64,000 nucleotides of DNA, from NCBI GenBank assembly GCA_026025075.1, contig JAPEUI010000036.1, forward strand, positions 62,001 through 126,000, in the 5' to 3' direction. Below, piece by piece: positions 1-13,102 of this stretch (positions are counted from its first letter, which is position 1; each line of letters begins with the position of its first letter). Both the position numbers and the translations under genes were made by a program. This stretch comes from Vezdaea acicularis (Eukaryota). Below the pieces are notes generated by a model. The model saw only the letters and a list, made by a program, of their open reading frames with translations, was not told where the DNA came from and ran no database searches.

Positions 1-3000
1 AGTCACGGATGACAAGCTAGGATGAAGGCCAAATCTCCTTGGGGACGCACCGACCTTCGCCTGGCCCGAGACACCGACCACGCCCCCTCACGGAGTCGCC
101 GCCCTTGTGCATTGCGCCTGCATTCCCGCCGCCATCGTCCTCATGCCGCGGCAGGAGTGGCCGGTACGCCACCATTCATCTTCACGATCCCAAAGGAACA
201 GGCAGCACCAATAACACAATGCCATCATCTTCACACGGCTTCTGTCGCAGATCATGCACATCGCACCACCAGCGCGCATCGAGGGTCGTGGGCCTTCCGG
301 TCAAACACCAAGGTTGCCACCCTCCCCGCCTTTCGATCCTCGACCTCCACCTTGACGTCGACACCGATGTCCACGACGCCGTTCCGCTCTAGCGTGGCCC
401 CACCGACAACGTTTGGACGGATAGGCAAGCTTCACATCGCGACTTCAAACGCCCTTGTATGTCATCGTGACGATGATCACGAACCGACCTTCAAAAGAGG
501 AATCTCCGCGAGGTCCGGTCCGCGCACGTTCCCGATCGAGGGAGGCGCGATCATTTGGGGTCAAGTCGAGGCTCCCTCGACGCTGCTACTTGCGACTGCC
601 GACTGCGGGGGCTGGGAGATTATCAGAGAGTGCCACATGGAGTGGTCTTGGATCGCGAGCATGACTTCACGGGCGAAGCCACCGAGGGGCTTGCAGCCGG
701 CCCCCAAGAGACCAGAGACAGCAGCAGCCATACCGAGATTGGGCGAAAGCGGCGCGCGCGAGTCTAGAGCGCTGGAGATGACGGGCATCCGCGAAGTCTT
801 ACGCACAGAGCCCGGGCATGCTCTCTCGTTCGATGGGGGGCCCCATCATCCCCCAGCGCATCCGCGAGGCCCTGACGACCCAAATGAAGGCCACGCGGGA
901 GACGGGCGATGATTGGCGGGGCTAGAGGGTTCGGCTGCGCGTGGGGAGTTTCCATGCTGCTTCTCGAAGGCCCTTGGAAATGTCTCTCCGACGTCTGGTA
1001 CGGGGGCACTCGACCATGTGTCGCGACGCATGTCACAGCCGGGATGCAGGTGATGGGATGCAGGGCCTCTTGCAGCGGCCGACCGGCATCCGCCGCGTCG
1101 AGTTGCGCCAGGTCGGCGAGATGGGCGGGGCGCGATGGTCAGGGAGAAGGTTAAAGTTATGCTCACCCATCCCCGCCATCCATGTCCGTACCCGTTTCTC
1201 AGGCAGAGCAGCGCCGAGCGTGGACGTGGAACAAACACTCGTTCAAACACACTAGTGTCGCCCTGCGCCAGGGGATGCGTCCAAGTCGGAAGGGGGGGGG
1301 GAGGAAGAGAGGCACACGCACTTGGGGGTTGGGGTTGATGGGGGGTGGGCCGCCGTCGCTGACACGCCGGGGCGGAGTTCGCTTGATCCCTGCGCCTTCT
1401 CTTGCGCCTTCTAGCGTTCTTCAGGCCCCGGTCGCTCGCCCCATCCCGGATGGGAAGGGACGATGTGGCCGACCCAGACCGAATCGTGCGGACTCGGGGG
1501 AATGGAGGGGAGGGAGAGGAGGGTGTTCGGGAGACGAAGGATGCGGCGGGCCCACATTTCCTGGTCGACGACGATGGGTGTGAACGATCGGTGCACGACG
1601 GTGCCTGTGTCGGGGAACAGCAGCACCGCACCGCAACACAGGAATTGCACGTGAATCTCGGCGGGTCGTCGGTTCGCTCTCGCGTCGACTGATCGATCAA
1701 GTTTCCGTCACGGCCGGAACAGCGCCGGAGCAGCGGCGCCGGATCGGCCGCTCGTGTGGGGCGCCGCGGTCGGGAAGAAGAGGGAAGGCCCCGGTCTGGC
1801 GGCCGTTGAGCGTTGCCGATCGCATCAGGGCTGAGCGTAGACGAGGAGCGTGGAGGGGACAGCAACGAGGAGCCAAGAGCGTGGGTGGAGGGTGGTGGTG
1901 CAAACATGCGCCATCGACCACCCCCAGTCACTCTCGTGCCATGTGTGCGACGTGCGAACTGCAGCGCCGACCTTCGTCCGACCGCGAGAATCCCCCCACC
2001 CCGGACGCCCTCTGTTGCAGAACGGCGAACGGTCGAGATGAGGAGTCCCCTCCAGGGACAGTGCAGCGGCGTGGCTGCCTCACCTGCGACGGCGATCAAT
2101 ATCGTGGCGTCTGCCAAGGTCGATGCTCGATGCTCGATGCTCGATGGTCGACGTTCGAAGGCGCGAGGACGGGGTGGGGTGCGGGGGAGGTCGTCTCATC
2201 TGTCTCCTGCTGGAGCTCTCGGCGGCGATGTTGGGCATATAAGGTGGTCCCCGGATCCCCCGATCCCGTGGAGACAGGTGCTGCTATATGTTAATTAATG
2301 CTTGATGCGACCCTCTTTACGCTGGGCATAAGTTGCACGTCGATCCGCTCACTCACTTGCAGAGACGTCCACGTCCTTTCCACTCTTTGAGGCCCGCCCC
2401 CGTTCCCTCACGTCAGACTTCCACTCCTTGCCACGGTCCTTGCCGTTGTCTTTCTTGGACCCTCCTGCATCCGTCCCAGCGCTTCGTCTGGCATCGAGAT
2501 CAACAGGCGACGCTTGTCATCACCTTCTTTCGAGCCCCAGTTCGCGGGCTCTCGCCGTGCTTCATTCTCGCTACCTCGGCACATCAGGCAGAAACCGGCG
2601 ACAGTAGCGAGCCCTCAGGCGATCCCCTCTACGGTCACCGACGCCGCCCCGCCGCGCACGCCCGCCCGCCCGCCTGCACGCCCGCACTCGCTGTCCGGCT
2701 GCATCTGCCTGCGCACGTCTCGTCGCTCACACGCTCTCTCGCTCTCTCCAATCGCCGGCCCTGCACCGCCGGCGCCCCCATCGACCACCCCACTCCCCGC
2801 CCACCGCTCGTTTTCCACTATATACGCTTCAGCGCCCACCCGCCTCCACCGCTTTCGCTCTCGCATCGCATTTTTCGAGCGTCCCTTTGCTGTTTTGAAC
2901 GGGTCGTCGTCCACCACCACGGTCGTGCCTTTGCGGTCTCCGGTGTCCAGCTCGCACCGCTGGCGCCAATCCGCGTGAAGGGGCTCGGACCACCCTTCTG

Positions 3001-3415
3001 CATCGCATCCTTCGAGCCGGCCTTTGACACACGGACCGGATCGCATCGTCGCGGCGTCGCAACGTTTTGTTTGGCAGGTCTCAGCCTCGACTTCGAAACG
3101 TCCCTCCGCGCCCAGGTTATCGCCTAACCAGCTCCACAACCTCGACACTTGGACCATCTGTCGCGGGCCCTCTCCGAATACAGACGGCCAACACGTTCCT
3201 TCGGCAGTCGACGTCGCTTCCATCGGACCGTCTAGAAATACAAGACAGTCCCGCGTGACAGCTCGGACTCTACCGTCCTCCATCGTCGTTCGACATACCC
3301 ATTGAAAGTCGTCCGCACCCGACCTCACCCTCCCCTTCTAATTCGGATCTCGATCACCACGTGTGGCTTTCTTGTTCCTCCCGCCTTGTGCTTTGTCGTC
3401 TGCATTGCCAGCATC

Positions 3416-4956
3416 ATGTTGATTGACGGAGAGAAATGGGCCTGTGAGGCCTGCGTGCGGGGTCACCGCGTGAGCAATTGTCAACATCACGGTAAGTGCA
3501 TCTTTCCCCCATGGACCCTTGACCATGAGCACCGATGACTGACGGCGCCGGCATAGATCGTCCGTTGCATCACATCAACAAAAAAGGCCGGCCCGTCTCT
3601 CAATGCACTCATTGCCGGACTCTGCGCAAGTCTCGTTCGGCTCACGTCAAATGCGACTGCGGTGATAGGTCACACGGCCGTGGCCACTGCAATCATAAGG
3701 GCGACAAAGGTGAGCCCCCCCTCGACGACTTCATCACGGATCATGTACTAACAATGGGTGTTGTAGACCACAGCCTCTGCTCCTGCTCGAACGGAGGCAG
3801 ATGCACATGCTCCCTCAAGAAAGAGCACTATCTGGACTCGGTTCCAGAGCTAAGCAAGGCCCCAGGGAAGCCCCGGCTGTCCACCGCGGCATCGGAGAGC
3901 TCGCTGTCCCACTTTGCGAATGGCCATCACCGGATTGGGAAGCATAATTATATGGCTCATAAGTGTGGCACACCCTACTCGATACCGCGATCACATACGC
4001 ATCCTCTCTATACTCTACCCGCTCAGCGCTCGACCGACAGCTTACCGACGACAAGTACCTCCGATGGGCCCCATAGTCTATCGCAGCTGAGAGATAGCTT
4101 CGTCAGTGCCCAACAGGACGTCCGTCTGGTGCGGTCCGAACATGGATCACCCCACACCAGCGCCGTCTCGATGGACCAGCTCAGTGTGCCTCAGTTAGAC
4201 CTCTCGTATCCTGCATATAGCCCGATCACGAGCAACCGGCCGCCTCCATTGGACATGAGTGCGGTGTCGGCTCCTCCACCATTGGACCATTTCGTAGCCA
4301 CGCCAGACACGGATCAACCCATGTATTCGGCTGACTTCAACGGCCCGTCTATGGACTGGTCCACGTTCGACTTGCCATTCGACAGCAGTAACGGGATGCC
4401 CTCGGCCCCTTATAGCCAGTCTCAGCCATATGGAGGCTTCGAGCAGGCATTCATGACGCATCGGGCCATGACCGCCCCATCGACGGGGGATGCCTCGGAC
4501 GTGGAAGACTTCCCCGTGTTCGATCCGAGTCCAGTCCACCCGCCCAGCTTGGTACATAACCACTTCCCATCCGACTCGTCGGAGATTTGCGAGACGGATT
4601 CATATCGACTCAGCAATACGTCCTCCTACTTGGGGAGCCTCGGCCAAGCCGCCATGCTCACTCCTGGAAATCTTCAGCACCTCGACATTGATGACTACAT
4701 GAAGGGCGCGGGCAACCAGCATTTCGACACGCGTAGTGTCGGAGGCGATAGCACCAGCGCCCATTCCAACCATGGAACGTACGAGGTGCAAAAGTTTGCA
4801 CCCACCTCCGCCCCCTCGGCGCAGACAAACTTCACCATGCCGACGACGACGGCAGATTCAACGGCACCCTACTGGGTGCCTCGATACGAGAGCGTGAGCG
4901 CCTCGCTTAGTCCGGAAAATGATGCTTCCGAAGCGGTCTGGGTCGGCTCCTCATAA
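3416..4956 (+). CDS. Copper-fist DNA-binding transcription factor (Ace1/Cup2/Haa1/Mac1 family)
   Basis: Exons 3416-3491, 3557-3709, 3767-4956. Spliced N-terminus MLIDGEKWACEACVRGHRVSNCQHHDRPLHHINKKGRPVSQCTHCR...KSRSAHVKCDC is the copper-fist motif, followed by a CSCSNGGRCTC Cys cluster and an S/P/D-rich tail. Confidence 0.93.
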
Positions 4957-7900
4957 CACGCTTGCCTTTGGCGGCACACTCGAAACACGACCCCTCTTCG
5001 GGCGTTGTCTCGAAGTTCATGCTCATGGTTCTGTTCTATATAATATCATATTTTCCCATTTAGATTCCCTTCTGCTTTTCCGTACGTTTTCAAAAAGCAC
5101 ATCACTCTCCTTCGCTCCAATTTGGACCCGAGGTTTGGTGCAGGCGCGTGGCACTTGGTCGGACGTGACAGGATCGAATCATCATCTGGAGCGAGACATT
5201 GCTTGGTGGGTCTATAGACGGGGACGGTGTTGACGGCTGGGATCATTACGAGCAGAATTAGACCAATTTCCCCCACATAGATAACTACTTTATCCCTCCA
5301 TCTCGCCGCCGTCCGCCGTGCAATTCCCATCACCCTTTCTTTTGATAAGATCTCTGGCCCCCTTGCTGACGACAGTGGGTACGCAAGATAGTCTCACCGA
5401 ACGTCGGCCGGATCCCTTTCACCCTCAACGACACCCGAACGGGCGAATGCGTCGAGCAACCGGACCAGCCCTTGCCCCCGCCGGCCACGCGGTCAGTGCA
5501 TCGCCATGCTGCTACTTCTATCAGCGAGACCGCATGAGACATGTGCAGTCGCTACAGAAATCTCTGCGCGCGCCCAGGGTCGCCGAGCCCTCATAGCAGT
5601 CCCAGCGTTCGTCTCGATCGGCCCTCGTCGCCAGCGCGCCATCGCCTCTTCCGTCCCATTGTCTCCACCCCCGCCAATCAATCCTTTCGTCGCACCGTCC
5701 CCTTGATGGTGGCGCTGGCCATCCAGCTTGTCGCTGAAGGTTCTCCACGGACCCTGAGGATTCATGCCCAACGCTTTGGACACAAAGCGCGGCGAGCACC
5801 GTGCTTCAGGGTGGGATTCCAATGGATCCCGATTAGGCATAGTGTCGAGGCGGCCATGCGACCGAGACCTCCCTCCCACGAAGCGCCTTCTCTTCTTGGC
5901 GGATGTTTCGTAGCGGTGATGACGAGCGGGCGCTCACCCCGTTCCGTGCGGCAAGACATGCCACGTGTGGTCGGTCCTATCTTCCTGACAGGAGTGGATA
6001 CCGGCTGATAAGTTTTTCAATAAGAAGGGGGGTTCCTGGCTGGCTCTAGCATGCTGAAGAAGTTGAGAACGCCCGACCACGGGACGTCCGACCGTGGGAC
6101 GTCAGGCGCAAGATGTGAAAGTACCTGCATGAAAGGAAGTGCTGAAACCTGTGCGAAGGGCTGAGTGGGGAAAACCGGTAGGGACCACGGGGGGCGGGGG
6201 GGGGGGGTGACGGTCACCTTTCGTCCATGGGCTTCGGCGTTCCCTCGCAGGATTCGCTCGACAGGCACCCACTACCCCAGATTTCAGCCACGGTTCAGTC
6301 GTGCTCTCCTGCCCTGGGATCGAACCCTTATCAGGCTTCGCCTTGCCGCCTGACTAGCGCGTTTTGGGCCGATACCAAGAGAGCCACGAGAGCCTATCAC
6401 CAGCCCTATTCGGCCCTTCTATGGCTGTTTACATTACACGACACGACACGAGACGATACAGGATGCCAGTTTTGATGCAATGCTCCAGCATCCGATCGCC
6501 TTAGCGGCGGGAGGCCACATGGCTTCGATCTGGCTGGCTTGGCGCTTCTACGTTGACTCAGGCGCAAGGTCTCTCTGCATATGTGCAGCTACTCAGTTGC
6601 TCCTTCCTTGGCCTAAATATGCAGGTACCGGCACTACTTCCCTCCACTTCATGCCGGTCTTCTTCCTTCGCGACGTACCTGCATCCGGAATAGAATGCGT
6701 CCTGGCATGCGACCCGATCTTCGTCAGGCTTCCGCGCGGATCAGGTTGCAAATGGTGTTCCCACGCCATTGCTGCCGTGTGGACGCGCGCTCGGGACGGC
6801 GCACAGACGCCGAGGCCGCGCGAACTGTGTTTACTTGTTAGTGGCTTCCTTCTGCAGCCGGCAGACCAGGGGGGGGCGTTGATCCGTCCCGCTTCCGATC
6901 GAGGAAATGGAGGAAGGCCCCACCCGCTCTTTCCTTCCTCCTTCTACAAGCTTTCCGTCGCCCGTTCCTTGTGCTTTCCTCTTTCGCTCGTCGACTTCGG
7001 CTTCTACTGCCGTGCCCATACCGTACATGGCTCCGCGAACGATATGGAACGACCACAGGCTTAGATTTCCATTCGTTTTCAAATTTGCCTGAAGTGCTCA
7101 GACCGTTCACTTCACGGCCTCACGGCAAACCTTTCACGTTCCAACCACTTCCTCCGTTCCTCTCTTCGCCATTTACCGGAAGCTGCATCCTATCACATCA
7201 GGATGGAATCACCAACGTCCCTACCCTCCCATTCCGTCACTCCTGGATTGAGATCCAGGTTCGTCCGTTACGCTGTCATGGTAGTCGCCCCCCAGCCGTA
7301 ATCCTATCATGGAGCCAGGTAGACTCGGCCCAAGGTTGTTTGATTCGTCTAGTCTATGGCTTGCATCCGTCGGGATAGCCGCCAGGACCTCCATGCGGCT
7401 CGTGATATCTACAACAGCGTGAAATGCGCACGAATAGGATCGGTGGTCCGAACGTCATAAGCGCAACAATAAGACGAATCGAACTGCGACGGCAAGCCAT
7501 ACGCAGAGGCGCAACGGCCGAAGACGATGTCGGAGGCGAAGTGGGTCTAACGAGGATGTCACTGACCTCCCCGTTGTTCTGCGGGTTGGACTCCACTCTG
7601 TATCGATGTATAGACTCGGTAGCGACATGTTCAACGCTTTCTTCGGATCTCATTGTTGCCACCCGAGGTGGCTTTTGGTGGCCCACCTTCTGCCACCATC
7701 CGAAGGAAGCACCTGAACTGAGCAGTCTCGATGTCGAGACGTCTTGCAGAAACCCGCCTCTGATAAGAAGAGTCACACGGCGAATGCTGATTAGATAGCT
7801 TGCTAGAGTACCTTACCAAGAAGTATCGCCTGAACAGCGGCCCTCCATAAAATAATAATCAGATCTCATTATATGAAACGGCGTCCTACACTTTCGAAGC

Positions 7901-8248
7901 CCTGATCGATGGTTTCACGTCCTATCCAAGCCACTTAGCGTCCCTGGTACAGCAGAATCCTTGTTGGGCGATTGAAAATCCAGATTCCTTTGCACGACCA
8001 CGAGGGAGGAAGGAGGGAAACGGAAGGCATACAAAACGACTATTCCTACGTTTGATTGAAATTTACTCGCTACAAAGGTATCATACATCACCCGAAACCC
8101 AAATAGTCCTTTTCCACCGTTCTGCGAAATCCCATATCCGTCGAAAAAACGCTCGCACCAGCTGACATCAGTTCATCCTTTCCAAACCCTCCCCCAAGAT
8201 ACGCCCCTACATCTCCACATCTCCACATCTCCCTATCTCCCCGTACGA

Positions 8249-8648
8249 CTACTGCAACTTCTTTCCTCCCCTCTTCCCACCCCCAATCTTGATGGGCGCG
8301 CCCTGACCCGGCTGCCTCTGCTGCAGCGCCACATAGGCCACGAAGGCTGCGCCAAGAACCCCAAAGACGAGGATATTGCCTACAAGAAAACATGATCAGC
8401 CACCAATTCTCCCACAAAATGGACCTTGCTCGAGCGCCCCCGCTCTCCGGCACTTAAGTAAAGCGGGAGTGAAACTTACTCAACACGAAATCGAGGAGCG
8501 ACCTGGCGAGCTGCAGGAGGGAGGTGACAAAGGTCGCGCCTACGGCAAGGACGGATTGGCCCAACGCCACGATGGTGCCGAGGATGGATTGGAAAATGCC
8601 GACGATGGACGCGACGAGGGACTCGATCGCGGAGGTGATGCCCGTCAT
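8249..8648 (-). CDS. Small 99-aa hydrophobic/amphipathic membrane protein, function unknown
   Basis: Exons 8648-8480 and 8379-8249 (300 nt, in frame). Intron has GTAAGT donor, GCTGAT branch and TAG acceptor. Protein MTGITSAIESLVASIVGIFQSILG...DFVLSNILVFGVLGAAFVAYVALQQRQPGQGAPIKIGGGKRGGKKLQ has a C-terminal TM segment and a basic tail. Confidence 0.8.
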
Positions 8649-9366
8649 TTTTCTTTTTCGTTCTTTGGGCGTCTGTTTCGGATCGAAAATCGTTCAGGAA
8701 TGTGTTTTGAATTGGTCTTGACTTCGGACTAAATGGTTCTGAACCTTGGTAGATAGAGAAAAGTAGAGAGGTAGAATACGAAAAGCAAGTGAGAGCTGTG
8801 GCGTCGCGCAAGGTGCTGTTTTAAACCTTCGGGGCATTTTCTTGATGTGGCGGAAACCACACTCCTGCTTTTTTCTCGCGGGGCACAATACGTCATCGCT
8901 ACGGCACTTTCCCGCATCCCAGCCACCTCCACACACACAACCAACCCCACGTCTAGACCCCGTTTCGAGAGGCCGCTTTGGTAACCACCCCCCCGCGCGG
9001 ATTCAAGGGCGCGGAACGAATGGAAAAGGGGGGGGAATGCTACGTAGAGCGCGGCGGCGATCTTTTGGAACCCTCTCGCACTTCTGTTTTGAGTTTCTCG
9101 GGGTGGGGAGGTGATGGATGCAGGGTCGGGCCGGGAGCTACGGTAGACTATGGGGAAGCGTTGTGGGGGTGGTGGGGGAACAAGGGTTACGGTGGCGTTG
9201 CAGTATCAACGTGTTTCTCAAGCTTTTACGCCCCTTACAAGGTATCGTGTTGAGGTCTAATGATTGATATATTCTTCTAAAAACGCCATCTATGCAACGA
9301 GCTCGGCGATACTGAGGTCTATATGACAGGTCATGGAAAGTTTTAGGCAAAAACCCCAAGGCTTAC

Positions 9367-12300
9367 TCAATACACTGTGATAAAAAATGTCAGCGAAGAG
9401 AATTCAGAAATGAAGGGGAGGATGAGACCTACCTTCGAGCACATATCTCAAATCCTCTTTCAACCGCTCAATCTCCTTCTTCGGATCGACCTTCTTCCCC
9501 GTCTTCGTCGCATCCGTCGCGATCGCCTCCTGGAGCACCTGCGTCACATCTGGCACCGGCCAGGTCGGGCCACACAGGTAGAAGGCACCCTTTTCCTTGA
9601 TGTACGCATCGATGATATCGCCTAATGTCTGCCGCATGCGATCCTGGATGTAGATCTTCTGCGGCTGATCGCGCGAAAATGCCCGTCCCAAAAGTGTGAT
9701 GATGCCAGCATCTTGATACGCTTCCCATTCCTCGCCGTAGAGGTATTCTTCGCGCTGGTGCCGCGAGCCCATGTATAGCAGTACAGAACCAATCTCCTCG
9801 CCCTGCTGTTTTTGCCATGCGCGGTATTGAACGAAGGCGCGGAAAGGAGCTAGCCCTGTGCCGAGACCAGCCATGATGATGGGCTGGGTAGACTTGGGGG
9901 GCAGTTTCATGACGCTGGGCTTCACGCTGACGGTGACGGAGGCGCCGACCGCGAGACTATTGAGGTAGCGGGTCGCCTGCCCAAAACGCTTTCGGCCTCG
10001 AGTGTCAACCCAGTCGACGACTACGATTAGCAGGGCGACGCTGTTAGGTGTAACTATCTGGCTTGAGGCGATTGAATACTCCCTTCGCTTCATTGGGCTA
10101 ACGATGCGGACAACGTCGTGGAAGCTGGGCCGCGCTGACCGAAACTCCAGTAGGATATCCGCGTATGTGATTGTGTCCACTTCTGCACGCCGTTTGAACT
10201 CGGTAGCACCTTCAGGACCACCCAGAGCCGAAAGCTCCTTCTTCTCATTTTCATCATCGGCAAAGTCTGCTAGAGCTTCATAGAAGCGTTTCTGTGGTTT
10301 GCCAAATATGTCGACGTTCTGCATCAAGGCTTGGTAGACCGTTCGTGCCTCAAGAAGCTTGGCGTTCTCGCGAGAGGGAACCTCTACAACATCTTCGGCT
10401 TGTAACCCATACGTGTGAATGAATTCCATGACTTCGCTGTGATCGTTTTCGGCGTGCACACCAAGAGCTTCCCCGATATCGTATTTCAGCCCCGAGTCCC
10501 CAAGGTCGAATTCAATATGGAAAATGTTTCGGTCGTAGGTTTTAGGAGTTAGCCGGCGGTTTTCTTTCACATGTACGGTCCATGTTTGCACAGACAGATC
10601 CGGTCGAAGTGCTTGTTTCGTGCCGAATGCTTCCTTGAACGTCAGAGCTTTAGCTGCAGCCGCCCAATCTTGTAGAACCCATGATGGCTCTGCTTCTTCC
10701 TTGATAAATCTATCAAAGCTGTTGATATTGATGTCCTTCGGTAACGAGGGAATCTCAATTTCTGGGTCGATTGTAGCCCAAGAATCTAAGACATCGACTC
10801 GATGCAGCACCTTTTCGATCTCTTTAGACATGTTTTGAAGAGACTCTGGCTCTCCGTTGATTTCGGCCAATTTTCCGAGTCCGTTCTCAAAAAGATCCTC
10901 CCTTGCCACCTTCAAGAAAACAAGTTGAGTCAAGTAATTTTTGACGTTGGGGTCGAATTGGGCCATGTCCGTAGCGTCTGCATCTGTAATATAGAGAGAT
11001 ATCTTGTTCTTGACAAGAGATTGGCGAAGTCTTGCAGGAAGCCTTTTCTCCACATCCTCGACTCTCAAGCTCGGAAAGACAGCTAGAAGTATACCGCCCT
11101 CTCGTAGGCCCTTCACAATATCTAGCTCTCCAAGCAGCTTCTCATTGCCAACGAAAACAAAGTCGGCCGTCTCGATAGAATATGGTGCTTCCACTGTACG
11201 TTTCGAGCTGCGAACTTCCGTTTTCACGACACCCCCTAGGAGCAGATTATCATACTTCGTTTTAATCGTTACGTTTGACGTCGATTGGGAGGATAGAAGC
11301 CTCCCGAAGGCCTTCGGGGCATCAATCAAAATCGAATCATCTAGATCCCAGAAAGTGTATTGCTGCACAGACTGATCCAGCAATTGGACTGAGCTAATTT
11401 CATCGGGGTCATGTTTATGCAGAGATCTGAATTTCCTCCCACCATGGCGAAGGATACGCACTATGGATGATGGAGTCCAGACGTAGTCTCTCGGATATTT
11501 GACATCTGACACGGCAGGTGCAGTAACGCCGGTCCAAGAGAAATCGATCGCAGCCAGGACATCACCGTAGAGCTTAGAATGCTCCGTGTCGTCGTGGACA
11601 GCGTGTTTGTTACGCACCTGTCCGAGCACTAGGACATGCTTTACAGACGAAGGAAGGCACCGAAGAAATTCCCGCTCTAAGAATGGCTGATAGACCCGGA
11701 CATTGATTACACCGACGTGCTCGCCCTTTTTGGACAATGCCGTAGCTACCTGGGAGGCAATCGAGGCTTCAACCGAACCAAATACGACCAATATCGTCTC
11801 TGGCAAAGCGTGACCAGCGTATTCAAAGAGCTCATAGGCAGTGCCGATTTCGCCATTGAGAGCCCTCAGGAGTCTGAGGACCCGTCCATCCATATCCGCT
11901 TTGTTCCCTGTAAGACTGCCCATTTCCGCGAGTATTATCTTATATGCTTCGTGTAGTTCTGAGCAGTTTAGAGGCTCTATAAGCCGTGTGGTCTCCCGTC
12001 CCACGACTATCCCATCGTAAATATGTATAGTCGGTACAATAGAAGCCAGCAGTGTGGCGAACAGTGCCATGTGCTGGGTCTCGTGTGCCGAGGAGCTGGC
12101 AATCAAGCCATACCCAAGCTCCTCTGCAATCGCGAGCGCTGGGGTATAGTCGGTGACCAGACTCCGAGAAGAGCCACCTGTATAGTCTGTGGCTGTGATG
12201 TGGGCAACAAAGGGGCTAGCGACGGCATAGAGGAGAGCAAGTTCCCTTAACGCAGCCCTCATAGGATATAGACTTGCTACCGACGCTAGGATCGACTGAG

Positions 12301-12820
12301 GAATGTGACGTTTGCTAAGATCGAAATCCCGTGAGAAGATGTATCCGAGTACTGCAGATGCCGCTCCACTGCGAGTCTGCAGGGCAGAAACCTGAGTTTG
12401 GTGGCCATTGGCATTGAGATCGCCTTTGGCGGCCCATTGTTTCGCAGCTAGGTCGAGATCGAACGTCTCGGGCGAATAGCTGAAGATCTTATCGGAAAGA
12501 GAATAAGCGACCTGTTGTATCACGGTCTGGGCCGTCAGGTAAGTCGGACCATCTATCGAGGATAATGATATCTTTTCTCCAAAGGGTAGGCTGTCAGAGA
12601 TGTCTCCAAAGTGGCGAGTACGATTGAAGGACGCATGTGCGGGACCCGCCGATTCCGGCGGCTGGAGATGCATTCCCAATTGTTTGCTCTTGGCGCCGTC
12701 TTGAGATGATGGTGCGATGGAAAGGAATTGGGCCAATGCTCTCTCTCTGTATATGCCTAGGCTGCAAATATACGAGTGAAAAGAGCAATGTCCTTACTTT
12801 TGACGCAATGGTGCCTCCAT
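9367..12820 (-). CDS. MET10: Sulfite reductase [NADPH] flavoprotein (alpha) subunit
   Basis: ~1100-aa ORF with N-terminal pyruvate-ferredoxin-oxidoreductase-like regions and C-terminal FAD/NADPH motifs (RREYSIASS, GLGTGLAPF, AFSRDQ, YLCGP). A last intron 9432-9375 gives the ending LRYVLEVY*. The start is uncertain: ATG 12820 with an intron 12797-12747 is in frame, otherwise ATG 12673. Confidence 0.93.
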
Positions 12821-13102
12821 GACCAAACAAAAAAAAGTTTACTGGAGCCATCGAATTGCGTGATTGTGCGCTAACGAATTAAAGTTGCATGGGATAATGC
12901 CGGAGACCGCTTGCCGACGGCACCAAGTGCAGCAAGTACTGTCGCGTATCTCTCCGAGGCAACAAGAACACGCGTAAGAAGCCATCAAATCTCAAATCCC
13001 ATAAGTTTATGACACCGGCCATTGACCAATCTTGTACCTCTCCAAGCCATTAGAAATCTCCCATTGCATCCAGCAACCCCCCCAGTCTTTGACGAGCAAA
13101 GT

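Noticed and set aside
22..2298. Long overlapping ORFs (296 aa on +, 423 aa on -, and others)
   Set aside because: R/P/S/G-rich translations in many frames are expected in GC-rich noncoding DNA. I saw no recognisable domain or consistent splice structure.
12800..12870. TGACGCAAT / ATTGCGTGAT as MetR/CYS-3 bZIP sites at MET10
   Set aside because: Short motifs, one overlapping the likely first exon. Not supportable without comparative data.
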